Origin: a virus
Direction: 5' to 3' (one strand)
DNA: 64,000 nt
Virus record (IMG/VR): IMGVR_UViG_3300005435_000020
Location: 36,908 to 100,907 of that record
The notes under the pieces are model-generated. The model worked only from the letters and a program-made list of their open reading frames with translations, was not told where the DNA came from and searched no databases. Every line of letters begins with the position of its first letter. The first letter of the stretch is position 1. The position numbers were made by a program, and so were the translations under genes. Shown here piece after piece: positions 8,964-17,223 of the stretch.

Positions 8964-9802
8964 GCATTGATATGGTGACGGGAGAGATTGTCGAAGGCAC
9001 CGACTCGGAGGCGCAAGGTCTCACGTCTCTCCCGCCTGAGCCAGTCTACGAGTTTCTCTCCGAAGACACAATCCCCGCGTACCGCAGCATCGAAGAGGCT
9101 GAGGATGCCCTCTATGACATGATGGCGAAAGGCGAGGCACTCCGCATCCAGCAGGTGCAGGTCCTCGCAAGAATCAGGGACCAGCGCCTCTATGAGCAGA
9201 AGCTCAATGGTGCCACCAACAAGCCCTACACCTCCATGGAGAGCTACCTCAAGGACTTGTGCAAGTCCACGGCTTCGTTTGCCTCCGATGCACCCAGGAC
9301 CCTGAAATCCTGGATGACACGCTGGGAGATTTACAACCAGCAGCTTGGCATCGACGCGGATGTGCTCCTGGAGATGGGGGCACACTTCGAGATACTCCTC
9401 CCCGTGGCTGCGAGGGAGAGGACCACCATGGAGCTTACTGAGGGGAATGTCCCGCAGCTTTCAGGTGGCATGAAGCTAGGCAAGTCAGGCTTTGAGCAGC
9501 TTACCCACGAGATCATGGAGAAGGTCAGGGAAGCAAGGAACAATCCAGGCGTTGACGAAGTAGCTTGGGGCGTGAAGGACACCCGAGAGAGGGTGAGGGA
9601 AATCCTGGGCCAAGACAACCACGCCGTCACCATCTCCTTCGGTGCCGCGATGCTCCCCGGCGACAAGATCAAGATGACGGATGTCACCTTCTGGCATCAG
9701 AAGATTCCTTACAAGGTAGGGGACACCATCCCCTTGGAAGTCTTCAAGAAGATTGTCGGCAATGCCACCGTGGAAGGGCTAGGCGACAATTGGAAGGACT
9801 AA
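8951..9802 (+). CDS. Hypothetical phage protein
   Basis: SD aagga; 283 aa; LARIRDQRLYE...YTSMESYL. Confidence 0.75.
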   Translation: MQLVSIDMVTGEIVEGTDSEAQGLTSLPPEPVYEFLSEDTIPAYRSIEEAEDALYDMMAKGEALRIQQVQVLARIRDQRLYEQKLNGATNKPYTSMESYLKDLCKSTASFASDAPRTLKSWMTRWEIYNQQLGIDADVLLEMGAHFEILLPVAARERTTMELTEGNVPQLSGGMKLGKSGFEQLTHEIMEKVREARNNPGVDEVAWGVKDTRERVREILGQDNHAVTISFGAAMLPGDKIKMTDVTFWHQKIPYKVGDTIPLEVFKKIVGNATVEGLGDNWKD

Positions 9803-10161
9803 ATAGCAATACCGTCACCGACTATAAGGCAGCCTACACATCCCATATGACCTGGCTGCATCGCCTCAAGACGCAGAGTGACGCGGCGGAAAGTGGCATC
9901 AAGCGTCAACTTGAAGCAGCGAAGCGAAACCTCGACGGGGCGCAGAAGGCAGCGGCGGAAGGGGAAGCGGGTGCAAGGAACCGGCTCCCCACCGCAGCCT
10001 TGGCAGTGAGAGAAGCAGAGAAGAATGTCGAAGCCTGGTATTTCGTAAACGCAACGTTGGAGCTTATCATCGCAAAGTCGATATCGGAAGAGAAAAGGTC
10101 AGGGCTGCCTCCAACCATACTAGAATGGATTGATGATGTCAGCCCCCGAGTGCCGAGTTAG
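9790..10161 (+). CDS. Hypothetical coiled-coil protein
   Basis: Probable TTG start at 9790 within ORF 9565-10161. Confidence 0.55.
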   Translation: MEGLNSNTVTDYKAAYTSHMTWLHRLKTQSDAAESGIKRQLEAAKRNLDGAQKAAAEGEAGARNRLPTAALAVREAEKNVEAWYFVNATLELIIAKSISEEKRSGLPPTILEWIDDVSPRVPS

Positions 10162-10522
10162 CTTTCGCCGCGTAGAGTTACTGGCGAAAGGCGAGAAGTA
10201 TACCATCACATCGCTATTATCAGAGGACATGAAGTACAGCCGCGATGTCGTGGAGCATCTCGTCAGGTACTTCTGGCATTTCCTCTCCACGCATTACGAG
10301 TCGAATGAGCTTTACCTTTGCATCTATTGTGATATTGTCAGCGCCGTCGAGAAGCTTGAGGACCCGAGAGAAAAGCAGGCAATGAAACTCATGATGTCAG
10401 GCTACGAGATACGAGATGCGATGAATGGCGTCGCACCTCGCCTTGGCGTTGACCAGAAACTCGCCGCCAGGATATGCAAGCGAAGTTATCGCAACATAGC
10501 GAAGCTTTTAGGTGAGAAGTGA
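10130..10522 (+). CDS. Putative transcriptional activator with sigma region-4-like HTH (RinA/ArpU-like)
   Basis: AVEKLEDPREKQAMKL...VAPRLGVDQKLAARICKRSYRNIAKLL. Confidence 0.5.
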   Translation: MMMSAPECRVSFRRVELLAKGEKYTITSLLSEDMKYSRDVVEHLVRYFWHFLSTHYESNELYLCIYCDIVSAVEKLEDPREKQAMKLMMSGYEIRDAMNGVAPRLGVDQKLAARICKRSYRNIAKLLGEK

Positions 10523-10620
10523 CGAAGCCGATACGCCTCAATCGGGAGGCACTGAAAGCCTGGGATAAAGCCTGTCAGCAATGGGAGAAGAGAAAGCCAG
10601 CAAACAAAAAAGCTAGCTAG
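10519..10620 (+). CDS. Small basic 33-aa ORF (absent from the ORF track)
   Basis: GTGA coupling; MTKPIRLNREALKAWDKACQQWEKRKPANKKAS; ends just before a terminator. Confidence 0.45.
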   Translation: MTKPIRLNREALKAWDKACQQWEKRKPANKKAS

Positions 10621-10626
10621 CACATC

Positions 10627-10660
10627 AGCCGCCATGCCTCCGGGTGTGGCGGCTTTTTTT
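10627..10660 (+). terminator. Intrinsic terminator
   Basis: agccgccatgcc-tccg-ggtgtggcggct followed by a T-run. Confidence 0.9.
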
Positions 10661-10705
10661 ATGCCAAAAGATAACCGCCTAGCGTTATACTAACGACAGG
10701 GAGGC

Positions 10706-12367
10706 ATGGTCATGATCATCGGATTACTCAGGCGCTGGTCCACACCGAATCAGACGGGAAACTTCCGGCAGGAAGCACACTTCGAGGTGATGGAGAAAGT
10801 TGTCGCCGCGAAGGGATGGGAGTTTGCCTACTACGATGAGGGGCAAGTCTCCGGCAGGGACATGAAGAAGAGGCCCAACCTCCAGAGGCTGCTTGATGAC
10901 ATCCGTCACAAGAAGGTGCAGGGCATCGGTGCCCTGGACATCGACAGGATCACCCGCGACGAATACCTCGTGGACCCTGGCATCATCCTCTCCGCCTGCG
11001 CCGACGCTGGTGCCATCATCGTCACGAGGGACAGGGTGTATGACCCTCGGAAGAAAAACGATAGGTTCATCTTCCAGGTCCAGAGTGCCATCGCGGGGAA
11101 TGAAGTCTCCACGATACGCGAGAGGATGTATGAGGGGCTTTCACGCAAGATGATGGAGTCCCCGGTGCATCGAGGCAGGACACCGTGGGGCTATATGCGT
11201 GTGCTGGATGGCGTAGACGCGAAAGGCAATGCCATCAGGCATCTTGAGAAAGACCCTGAGCTTACTCCGGTGGTAATGAGGCTCTTCGAGTTAGCCTCCA
11301 CGTCACTCTCGGTGCAGGGTGTGTCGGCACAACTCAACGGCGAAGGCCTACTGAAACGACGCTGGAAAGACACGGAGGGTGGGCCTCGTTTCTGGACACA
11401 CGCAGACGTGGCGAGTATCGTCTTCAATCCTATTTATTCGGGTAGGCACCACGTCTTGAAGCACCCGACGAAGCCCATCTGGGAAAGCGACGTCATACCC
11501 GAAGGCTTGAGGGACAAGGTTCATTACATAGAAGACTGGGCATTCCTGGACCCTGAGGATCACGATGCCCTGATGAGGCGATTCGAGAAGACGAAGGCAC
11601 ACGGGACACGGGGCAGGCGCAACGACAATGCGCTGCTTGGCATCCTCTCGTGTCTCTACTGCGGCGGCAAGATGTATTTCTCGAAGCGGAAGCCGGGGAG
11701 TAAACTCAACGACTTCCATTTCTGCTTCAACCACATGGCGTGTAAGACTAGCTGCCGTGGGCAGACGATATCGGACCACCTCGTGAAAGCAGCCGTCTTC
11801 GACTTCATCCAGGGAAGGCTCTCGAAGTCCTTGGTGGAGGAGGTAGCCAATGAGCACCAGGACATCTTCGGCTCCGGCGCTGAAGAGGAGCTACGGAGCC
11901 TGCGCCTCCAGTTGGCGACGCTAGAAGAGAAGAGGATGCGCTTCAAGCAGATGGCGAGGGCTGCGACGTCGGAAGCACTGGAGCAGACCTACACGGAAAA
12001 CGCAGCGGAGCTACTTGACGAGATTGCTAGTGTGAGGGAGACCTTGCGACAGAAGGAGACGTTTGCCAAGAATAAGGACAGGATGCTCAGCGTTGTCGAG
12101 AATGTGGTCAGGTTCCGAGACGTCATGGAACACGCGGATAGCGCCACGCAGCATGGGCTCCTCACCCACGTGTTCCGATGGGTGAAGGTGGAAGCCTACG
12201 GTGCGATGCAGCATCGGCAAGTCAGGGTAGCAGCCTGGCACCTGATGGGGGAGGAGGAGCCCCAGACGTCTTATCTCACTGACGACGCCATATCCCCATA
12301 TAACGTCGCCATTTGGATGATGCCACCAGGAGTGTGGCGTGATGTTGTCGGTATGTTCACGGCTTGA
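10706..12367 (+). CDS. Large serine recombinase (phage integrase)
   Basis: Resolvase domain (RWST..Q, DEGQVSG...RPNLQRLL, DRITRD), recombinase domain (PWGY, NPIYSG), Zn ribbon (LLGILSCLYCGGKM), coiled coil; SD ggagg and a -10 TATACT at 10686. Confidence 0.95.
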   Translation: MVMIIGLLRRWSTPNQTGNFRQEAHFEVMEKVVAAKGWEFAYYDEGQVSGRDMKKRPNLQRLLDDIRHKKVQGIGALDIDRITRDEYLVDPGIILSACADAGAIIVTRDRVYDPRKKNDRFIFQVQSAIAGNEVSTIRERMYEGLSRKMMESPVHRGRTPWGYMRVLDGVDAKGNAIRHLEKDPELTPVVMRLFELASTSLSVQGVSAQLNGEGLLKRRWKDTEGGPRFWTHADVASIVFNPIYSGRHHVLKHPTKPIWESDVIPEGLRDKVHYIEDWAFLDPEDHDALMRRFEKTKAHGTRGRRNDNALLGILSCLYCGGKMYFSKRKPGSKLNDFHFCFNHMACKTSCRGQTISDHLVKAAVFDFIQGRLSKSLVEEVANEHQDIFGSGAEEELRSLRLQLATLEEKRMRFKQMARAATSEALEQTYTENAAELLDEIASVRETLRQKETFAKNKDRMLSVVENVVRFRDVMEHADSATQHGLLTHVFRWVKVEAYGAMQHRQVRVAAWHLMGEEEPQTSYLTDDAISPYNVAIWMMPPGVWRDVVGMFTA

Positions 12368-12555
12368 AAGGGAAGCCCACGATGATCTTACTTGCTTTGA
12401 TGATCTTCGCTTTGGTAGTCTTGGTGGTAGGAGTGCCCTCGGCATTCCTCCTAGTACTTTCTATCGCTATCATAAGGATCAGTTTGAAGTTATGGTGGCT
12501 ATGGCTGATCATCGCATTGGTCTGCGTCGCGGCTGCGAATGGAGGTTCCGGTTGA
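12364..12555 (+). CDS. Small membrane protein
   Basis: Hydrophobic 63 aa, TTGA coupling to the integrase. Confidence 0.7.
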   Translation: MKGKPTMILLALMIFALVVLVVGVPSAFLLVLSIAIIRISLKLWWLWLIIALVCVAAANGGSG

Positions 12556-13031
12556 GATACTTGCTTGGTTTCTTGGTTGCATTCCTGCTGGTGGGCTGTG
12601 CGGATTCGGCACAGACGGTTGTATCATCTCCCACGGCAGTAGCCCCTGCGGCTCCTAGTGCCACACCTGGGGCTGCGGCGGCTACTGTCCCTCTCGGAAG
12701 TGACTTGGAGCTTGCCAAAGTCGCCGCCGTTGCCGACATCAAAGGCGACGAGAAAACGGTGCAACAGGTCATGCAGGCCAACCCACAGGCGGTGGCACTA
12801 TTTGTCAAGACGGATAGGCAGAGCTACAACCTCGATATGTACACGGTGGTGGGTGCTGCGGTGGAACAGAAGCCATCGTCCCCCAACCAAGATGGCACTG
12901 TCATGTATTATTTGGATGTCCCCGTGAAGACCCCGCAAGGGACATCACAGCGTTTTAGTATACAAGTCAGGGTCAATCCCGTGGCACACAGAGTGACTTC
13001 CATTGATCCGATGGGCATAGGACTTGACTAG
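12552..13031 (+). CDS. Lipoprotein (candidate superinfection exclusion or lysogenic conversion)
   Basis: SD ggagg plus TTG 12552; MRYLLGFLVAFLLVG-C lipobox; Pro/Ala linker. Confidence 0.75.
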   Translation: MRYLLGFLVAFLLVGCADSAQTVVSSPTAVAPAAPSATPGAAAATVPLGSDLELAKVAAVADIKGDEKTVQQVMQANPQAVALFVKTDRQSYNLDMYTVVGAAVEQKPSSPNQDGTVMYYLDVPVKTPQGTSQRFSIQVRVNPVAHRVTSIDPMGIGLD

Positions 13032-13036
13032 ACAAC

Positions 13037-13078
13037 AAAAATAAGCCCCCTACCCGATGAAGGTAGGGGGCTTATTTT
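13037..13078. terminator. Bidirectional terminator where the two arms converge
   Basis: aaaaataagccccctacc-N7-ggtagggggcttatttt. Confidence 0.93.
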
Positions 13079-13658
13079 ATTGCTTCAGGAATGACGTGAT
13101 GGGGATTTGCGGGGGAGGCTCCGGCGAGGGGATAGTCACCGTCGTCGTCGTGTTGGCGGGGAATGTCGGCGCTGCCGCATTGAGTGGGGGATTGGAAAGC
13201 GAGGGGTCCACCTTTGGTGTGTAGGATTCCGGCACCTTCATGGACACCGTGACGGGGATATCGACAAGCTTCATGGCGACGTCTACAGACTGCACCAAGT
13301 CTCCAGGCTTCGTCGGTGCCTCCACAGTGGCTGCGGTGCCACTTGTCTTGTCCACCGTCTGCTTCCCAAGGAAGGCTGGGATCACTTGCGTGGCACCGTG
13401 GTAGCCGAGTACTGCGCCGCCTCCAATCAAGAGGCCACCATTGTAGAGGAGCAGGAGGATGGCCTGGCTGGACTCCGGCATCCCCGAGAACATTCCCCAC
13501 GCGACGATACCGAGGGCTATGCTCACAAGGCGGATCACGGAGTCGTGGATGCTATTGTCTGGTGTGATCTTTAGCTCAATGAAGTTCTTGATGATCTGTG
13601 TGGCGATGGCAACCATCACCGCCAGGATGAATGGCGTGAGGGCATCAGCGATGGGCAT
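13077..13658 (-). CDS. Holin-like membrane protein with Pro/Thr-rich C-terminal tail
   Basis: Three TM segments, ATQIIKN motif, last gene of the late arm. Confidence 0.65.
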   Translation of the reverse strand: MPIADALTPFILAVMVAIATQIIKNFIELKITPDNSIHDSVIRLVSIALGIVAWGMFSGMPESSQAILLLLYNGGLLIGGGAVLGYHGATQVIPAFLGKQTVDKTSGTAATVEAPTKPGDLVQSVDVAMKLVDIPVTVSMKVPESYTPKVDPSLSNPPLNAAAPTFPANTTTTVTIPSPEPPPQIPITSFLKQ

Positions 13659-14118
13659 GGTAGACTGTCTCTCCTTGACTTTGTAAGACGATGACTGCCG
13701 GGGCTTCTACCCCAGGCTTGAGAAATCTCTGAATCAACCATAGTGGGGCCGGGAGATGGTGTATACCCCCTATGCCAGTATGGTGAAATTTACAAAGCGG
13801 CATCAAATTTTCTTCACTTTCACACCACATGAAGAAGGCTTCTTCGTCGGGTATGTGGAATTGGGGATACAACTCAGCAAACCTACGCCAGTCTGCGTCG
13901 CCTATCAGCGCATACTCCACGAAGTAGTGATGAAGCTCAATGGACTCCTTTGAGCAATCCTTGTTGTCGATGTAGCATTTGAGCTTTCCTTCACGACGCA
14001 TCCTCTCTCGCGTCTCATTGAAGATGTGGTAGTAGGGATCACCCTCTCTTGGAATGTGTGGAGGGTAATGCTCAAGGATTTCGATGTGCTCATGCTCAAT
14101 ATGCTCTTGCTCTGACAT
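13645..14118 (-). CDS. HNH-like (His-Me finger) protein
   Basis: C....DC...IELHH...NLMPLCKFHH....GIH. Confidence 0.65.
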   Translation of the reverse strand: MSEQEHIEHEHIEILEHYPPHIPREGDPYYHIFNETRERMRREGKLKCYIDNKDCSKESIELHHYFVEYALIGDADWRRFAELYPQFHIPDEEAFFMWCESEENLMPLCKFHHTGIGGIHHLPAPLWLIQRFLKPGVEAPAVIVLQSQGETVYHAHR

Positions 14119-14131
14119 GGGAGTGACCAAT

Positions 14132-14156
14132 AAAAAAGGACACCCGAAGGTGTCCT
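14132..14156 (-). terminator. Intrinsic terminator after the repressor
   Basis: Minus strand aggacacc-TTCG-ggtgtcct followed by a T-run. Confidence 0.88.
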
Positions 14157-14175
14157 GTGGTGTGAAGGAAAAGGG

Positions 14176-14886
14176 TTAGCTCCTGTGGAGCATCTCGGCT
14201 AAGGCTGCGACGGTTTCCTTCTCGGTGCCGAAGCTTCGGTACATGCTCTCCACGTAGAAAAGTGGCGTCATTATCGTGGTCTTCCCGAAATGGGAGATGA
14301 CGCCTTGGCCCCTCTTCGCAACTAGCGCCAGGCCCCTACCTTCTTTGATCACGACGGGGATGCCATCGGCAAGCTCCTGGTTCTCGTAGGGCAGGCAGCA
14401 GAGGACATCGCCTTGCGAAAACTGGAAGGGGAAGGGGCCTTCCTCCAGTACAGCAATACCGCGTTTCTCACTCGACACACCGAAGGTGGGGTAGGGCACC
14501 CTCGTTGCTTGGGAAACCCTCGCCACTTCGCCACTCTTGAGCAACTCGTAGCTGATGATCAGCGTATTATTATGCGCTGCGACTAGCGACTCCTGCACAC
14601 CTTGTTGGAGTGCTTCGAGGAGAGGGATGATGGGCTCACGAAAGGGGATCACGTCTCTCGTGGGGAGTGGCGGCGGCTCATCTCCGTGGAGGAGATAGGT
14701 GGTGGATACCTCCAACACTTTCGCTATTTTCTCCAGCGTCTCCGTCGTCGGCTGCGTCTTCCCACTGAGCATCAGGGAGAGTGTCGATGCCCTGATGCCG
14801 GAGGCCAGCGCAAGTTTATTGTCAAGTGTCCAGCCACGCTTCAGCATGGTCTGCTTCAGCCTCTCGGGAAACTCCACCACACACAA
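14176..14886 (-). CDS. XRE-family (CI-like) repressor with degenerate S24-like C-terminal domain
   Basis: RLKQTMLKRGWT...LALASGIRASTLSLMLSGKTQPTTETLEKIAKVLEVSTTYLL; C-terminal QGDVLCC...DGIPVVI...LVAKR. Confidence 0.88.
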   Translation of the reverse strand: MCVVEFPERLKQTMLKRGWTLDNKLALASGIRASTLSLMLSGKTQPTTETLEKIAKVLEVSTTYLLHGDEPPPLPTRDVIPFREPIIPLLEALQQGVQESLVAAHNNTLIISYELLKSGEVARVSQATRVPYPTFGVSSEKRGIAVLEEGPFPFQFSQGDVLCCLPYENQELADGIPVVIKEGRGLALVAKRGQGVISHFGKTTIMTPLFYVESMYRSFGTEKETVAALAEMLHRS

Positions 14887-14915
14887 TCCTCTTCAACACA
14901 CCAAAACACTGCTAC

Positions 14916-14944
14916 AGTATATCAGGCGGGTGGTAGTTTCACAA
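14916..14944 (-). promoter_or_regulatory. Repressor promoter TTGTGA-N17-TATACT (extended TG)
   Basis: Minus-strand boxes at 14944-14939 and 14921-14916, overlapping the end of the response regulator gene. Confidence 0.7.
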
Positions 14945-15356
14945 CGGAAAGCCAGAAGTTTGAAATGGCCGATACCACCGCCATGAATTGCTCAAGGTCA
15001 AATGGCTTCGTCACGTAGCAGTTTGCGTGGAGGTTATAGCTCTGCAATACATCCTTGTCCTCCTGCGACGTCGTGAGCACCACCACGGGAATACGCATCA
15101 GGCACTCGTCTTGTTTGATGTCTTGCAGGAGTTCCCTGCCGTCTTTGCGTGGCATGTTGAGGTCAAGGAGGATCAAGTCTGGCCGAGGGGAGTCCTGGTA
15201 GGGTGCTTCGCGTTTCAGGAACCTGAGTGCCTCCACGCCATCGGTGCAGACGTTGATGTGGTTGATGACCTTGGAGTCCCTCAGCAATTCCTGCGTGAGA
15301 TCAACGTCTGCCTCGCTGTCGTCTACGATGAGTATTTCAATGGGTACTGCCACCAC
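14922..15356 (-). CDS. Single-domain response regulator, Rcp1/phytochrome-RR type
   Basis: ILIVDD, PDLILLDLNMP (phospho-Asp), VVVLTTS, ANCYVTKP, C-terminal NFWLSVVKLP typical of Rcp1. Confidence 0.95.
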   Translation of the reverse strand: MVAVPIEILIVDDSEADVDLTQELLRDSKVINHINVCTDGVEALRFLKREAPYQDSPRPDLILLDLNMPRKDGRELLQDIKQDECLMRIPVVVLTTSQEDKDVLQSYNLHANCYVTKPFDLEQFMAVVSAISNFWLSVVKLPPA

Positions 15357-15363
15357 CTTGCCG

Positions 15364-17196
15364 CTACTTGGAGTATTTCGGGAGGGTGAAGGAGAAGACT
15401 GAACCTTTGTCGGGGACGGAGGTTGCCCAGATGGTGCCACCATGTTGTTCTATGACTTTCTTGCAGATGGAAAGACCTATGCCGGTGCCTTCGTATTCCT
15501 CCTTGCGATGGAGTTTCTGGAATACGACGAATATCTTGTCAGAGTATTGCATATCGAAGCCAATACCGTTATCCGATATATCAATTCGCCACATTGAATG
15601 TTCATCAGTACAGCGTATCAGGATATTCGGGGGGACACCAGGCTTCCGAAACTTTATCGAGTTGGCGAGGAGGTTCTGGAAGACTTGGGTCAGCCAGATG
15701 GGATCACCCGAGACGGAGGGAAGCTGGTCCCTCTCTATCTCCGCGTGGCTCTCGTTGATGGCTGCTTGTAGGCTGTCTAGTGCCGAATCCACACAGGCAT
15801 TGAGATTGGTCTGCACCATCTCCTTCGTCTTCGACGTGACCCTCGAATAGAGGAGCAAGTCTTGGATGAGGTTCCGCATCCTCTGGGAACCGGACACTGC
15901 GTAGCCTATGTACTTCTTCGCCTTGTCGTCAAGCTGCGCCGTATACTGTTTGTCGAGGAGTTGGAGATATGACGTCACCATACGCAGGGGCTCTTGCAAG
16001 TCGTGGGAGGCGATGTAGGTGAACCTCTCCATCTCGCCGTTGCTCTTGATCAGCGCCTCCTCGTATCGCTTCCTCTCCGATACATCGCGTATGGTTGCCG
16101 TGTACATCTTGCCGTCACTCTCGGATGCCCACACGGAGATGAGAAGCTCCAGTGGGAACCTGCTGCCATCTTTCTTGACACCCTGCAACTCCATGGTGGT
16201 GCCGATGACGTGTGAGGGCCACCCCTCCGCGAGGCGTCGGATGCCGTGTTCATGCTTCGGATAGAGGTCAGGGGGGATGATCTTCTCTAGCGTGTGGCCC
16301 ACCATCTCCTCCGACGTGTAGCCAAAGATGTTCTCGGCGGCGTGGTTCCAGAAGGTCACGATGCCATCCGGTGTGATGGACACGAAGGCGTCGGTGGAGG
16401 ATTGCGTCACATTCCAGTACCACTCCTTGACCTTCTCCACTTCCTTGCGCTGCTGAAGTGTCTGCGCCTCTGCCTTCCTCGTGGCATCCATGAAGAATCG
16501 CATCCCAAGGAAATTGCCTATCACCAGGAGCACACCGAAGATGCTTCCATAGAAGGTGATGCGGAGGCTATTGCGTGTGCCCTCTAGCACCGCGTCGTAT
16601 TTCTGCTGGATGGCCTTGGACTGCCTGTCGAGGATGTTGCCCAGGAGGGTGCTGGCATCGACGCCTTGATAGAGACCTTCATCTGTCATGACGAGGGCAA
16701 CGGCTTCATCGTGGGAACCTGATTGCTCAAGCTCAATGGTCCTGAGCATCTCTGATCTCTTCTGGGTGATGAGCCTCTTCGCCTCCGAGAAGTCCCTCGC
16801 ATCGTCGGTGCTGTCTTGTGTGGTGGCCTGCGTCGCGTCTATGGCAGTGTTGATGACCTTATTCGCGTCATTGTAGGACATGAGATAGAGGGGGTCCCCG
16901 GTGAGCAGGTAGCCACGCTGCCCACTCTCCATCTGCTTCAGGTCCAACAGTGTTTGGTAGACGTTGTAGTATTCTAGCCTGGCGCTGCGATAATCTTGCA
17001 GGACATAATAGACCCTGGCGACGATGACGACGGAGTAGATATACGCCGCCACGAGGATGGCGAGTGTGCCCAGGGAACAGAAGGTCAAGAAACGCTGGGA
17101 GGTCATGAGATGAAATGGAGCAGGATGCCACACAATGTTATGATGCCGCCACATACCAGGGACCAGTTTCCGAAGAGGTGAAATCTTTGGAGCCAC
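15364..17196 (-). CDS. Sensor histidine kinase TM-CHASE3-TM-PAS-HisKA-HATPase (Cph1/BphP-type transmitter)
   Basis: ESGQRGYLLTGD (CHASE3); WNHAAENIFGY..EEMVG (PAS); ASHDLQEPLR (H box); QNLLANSIKF, DNGIG, FQKLH, GTGIGLSICK. Confidence 0.96.
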   Translation of the reverse strand: MAPKISPLRKLVPGMWRHHNIVWHPAPFHLMTSQRFLTFCSLGTLAILVAAYIYSVVIVARVYYVLQDYRSARLEYYNVYQTLLDLKQMESGQRGYLLTGDPLYLMSYNDANKVINTAIDATQATTQDSTDDARDFSEAKRLITQKRSEMLRTIELEQSGSHDEAVALVMTDEGLYQGVDASTLLGNILDRQSKAIQQKYDAVLEGTRNSLRITFYGSIFGVLLVIGNFLGMRFFMDATRKAEAQTLQQRKEVEKVKEWYWNVTQSSTDAFVSITPDGIVTFWNHAAENIFGYTSEEMVGHTLEKIIPPDLYPKHEHGIRRLAEGWPSHVIGTTMELQGVKKDGSRFPLELLISVWASESDGKMYTATIRDVSERKRYEEALIKSNGEMERFTYIASHDLQEPLRMVTSYLQLLDKQYTAQLDDKAKKYIGYAVSGSQRMRNLIQDLLLYSRVTSKTKEMVQTNLNACVDSALDSLQAAINESHAEIERDQLPSVSGDPIWLTQVFQNLLANSIKFRKPGVPPNILIRCTDEHSMWRIDISDNGIGFDMQYSDKIFVVFQKLHRKEEYEGTGIGLSICKKVIEQHGGTIWATSVPDKGSVFSFTLPKYSK

Positions 17197-17223
17197 AGGA
17201 GCTTTCTTATTTCCTTACGAATT

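Noticed and set aside
14922-17196. Two-component genes as host DNA marking a prophage boundary
   Set aside because: They are flanked on both sides by co-oriented phage lysis-type genes with tiny gaps and no other host genes
15364-17196. Kinase as a phytochrome light sensor
   Set aside because: Only the transmitter is Cph1-like; there is no GAF-PHY module and the PAS domain lacks the LOV NCRFLQ motif
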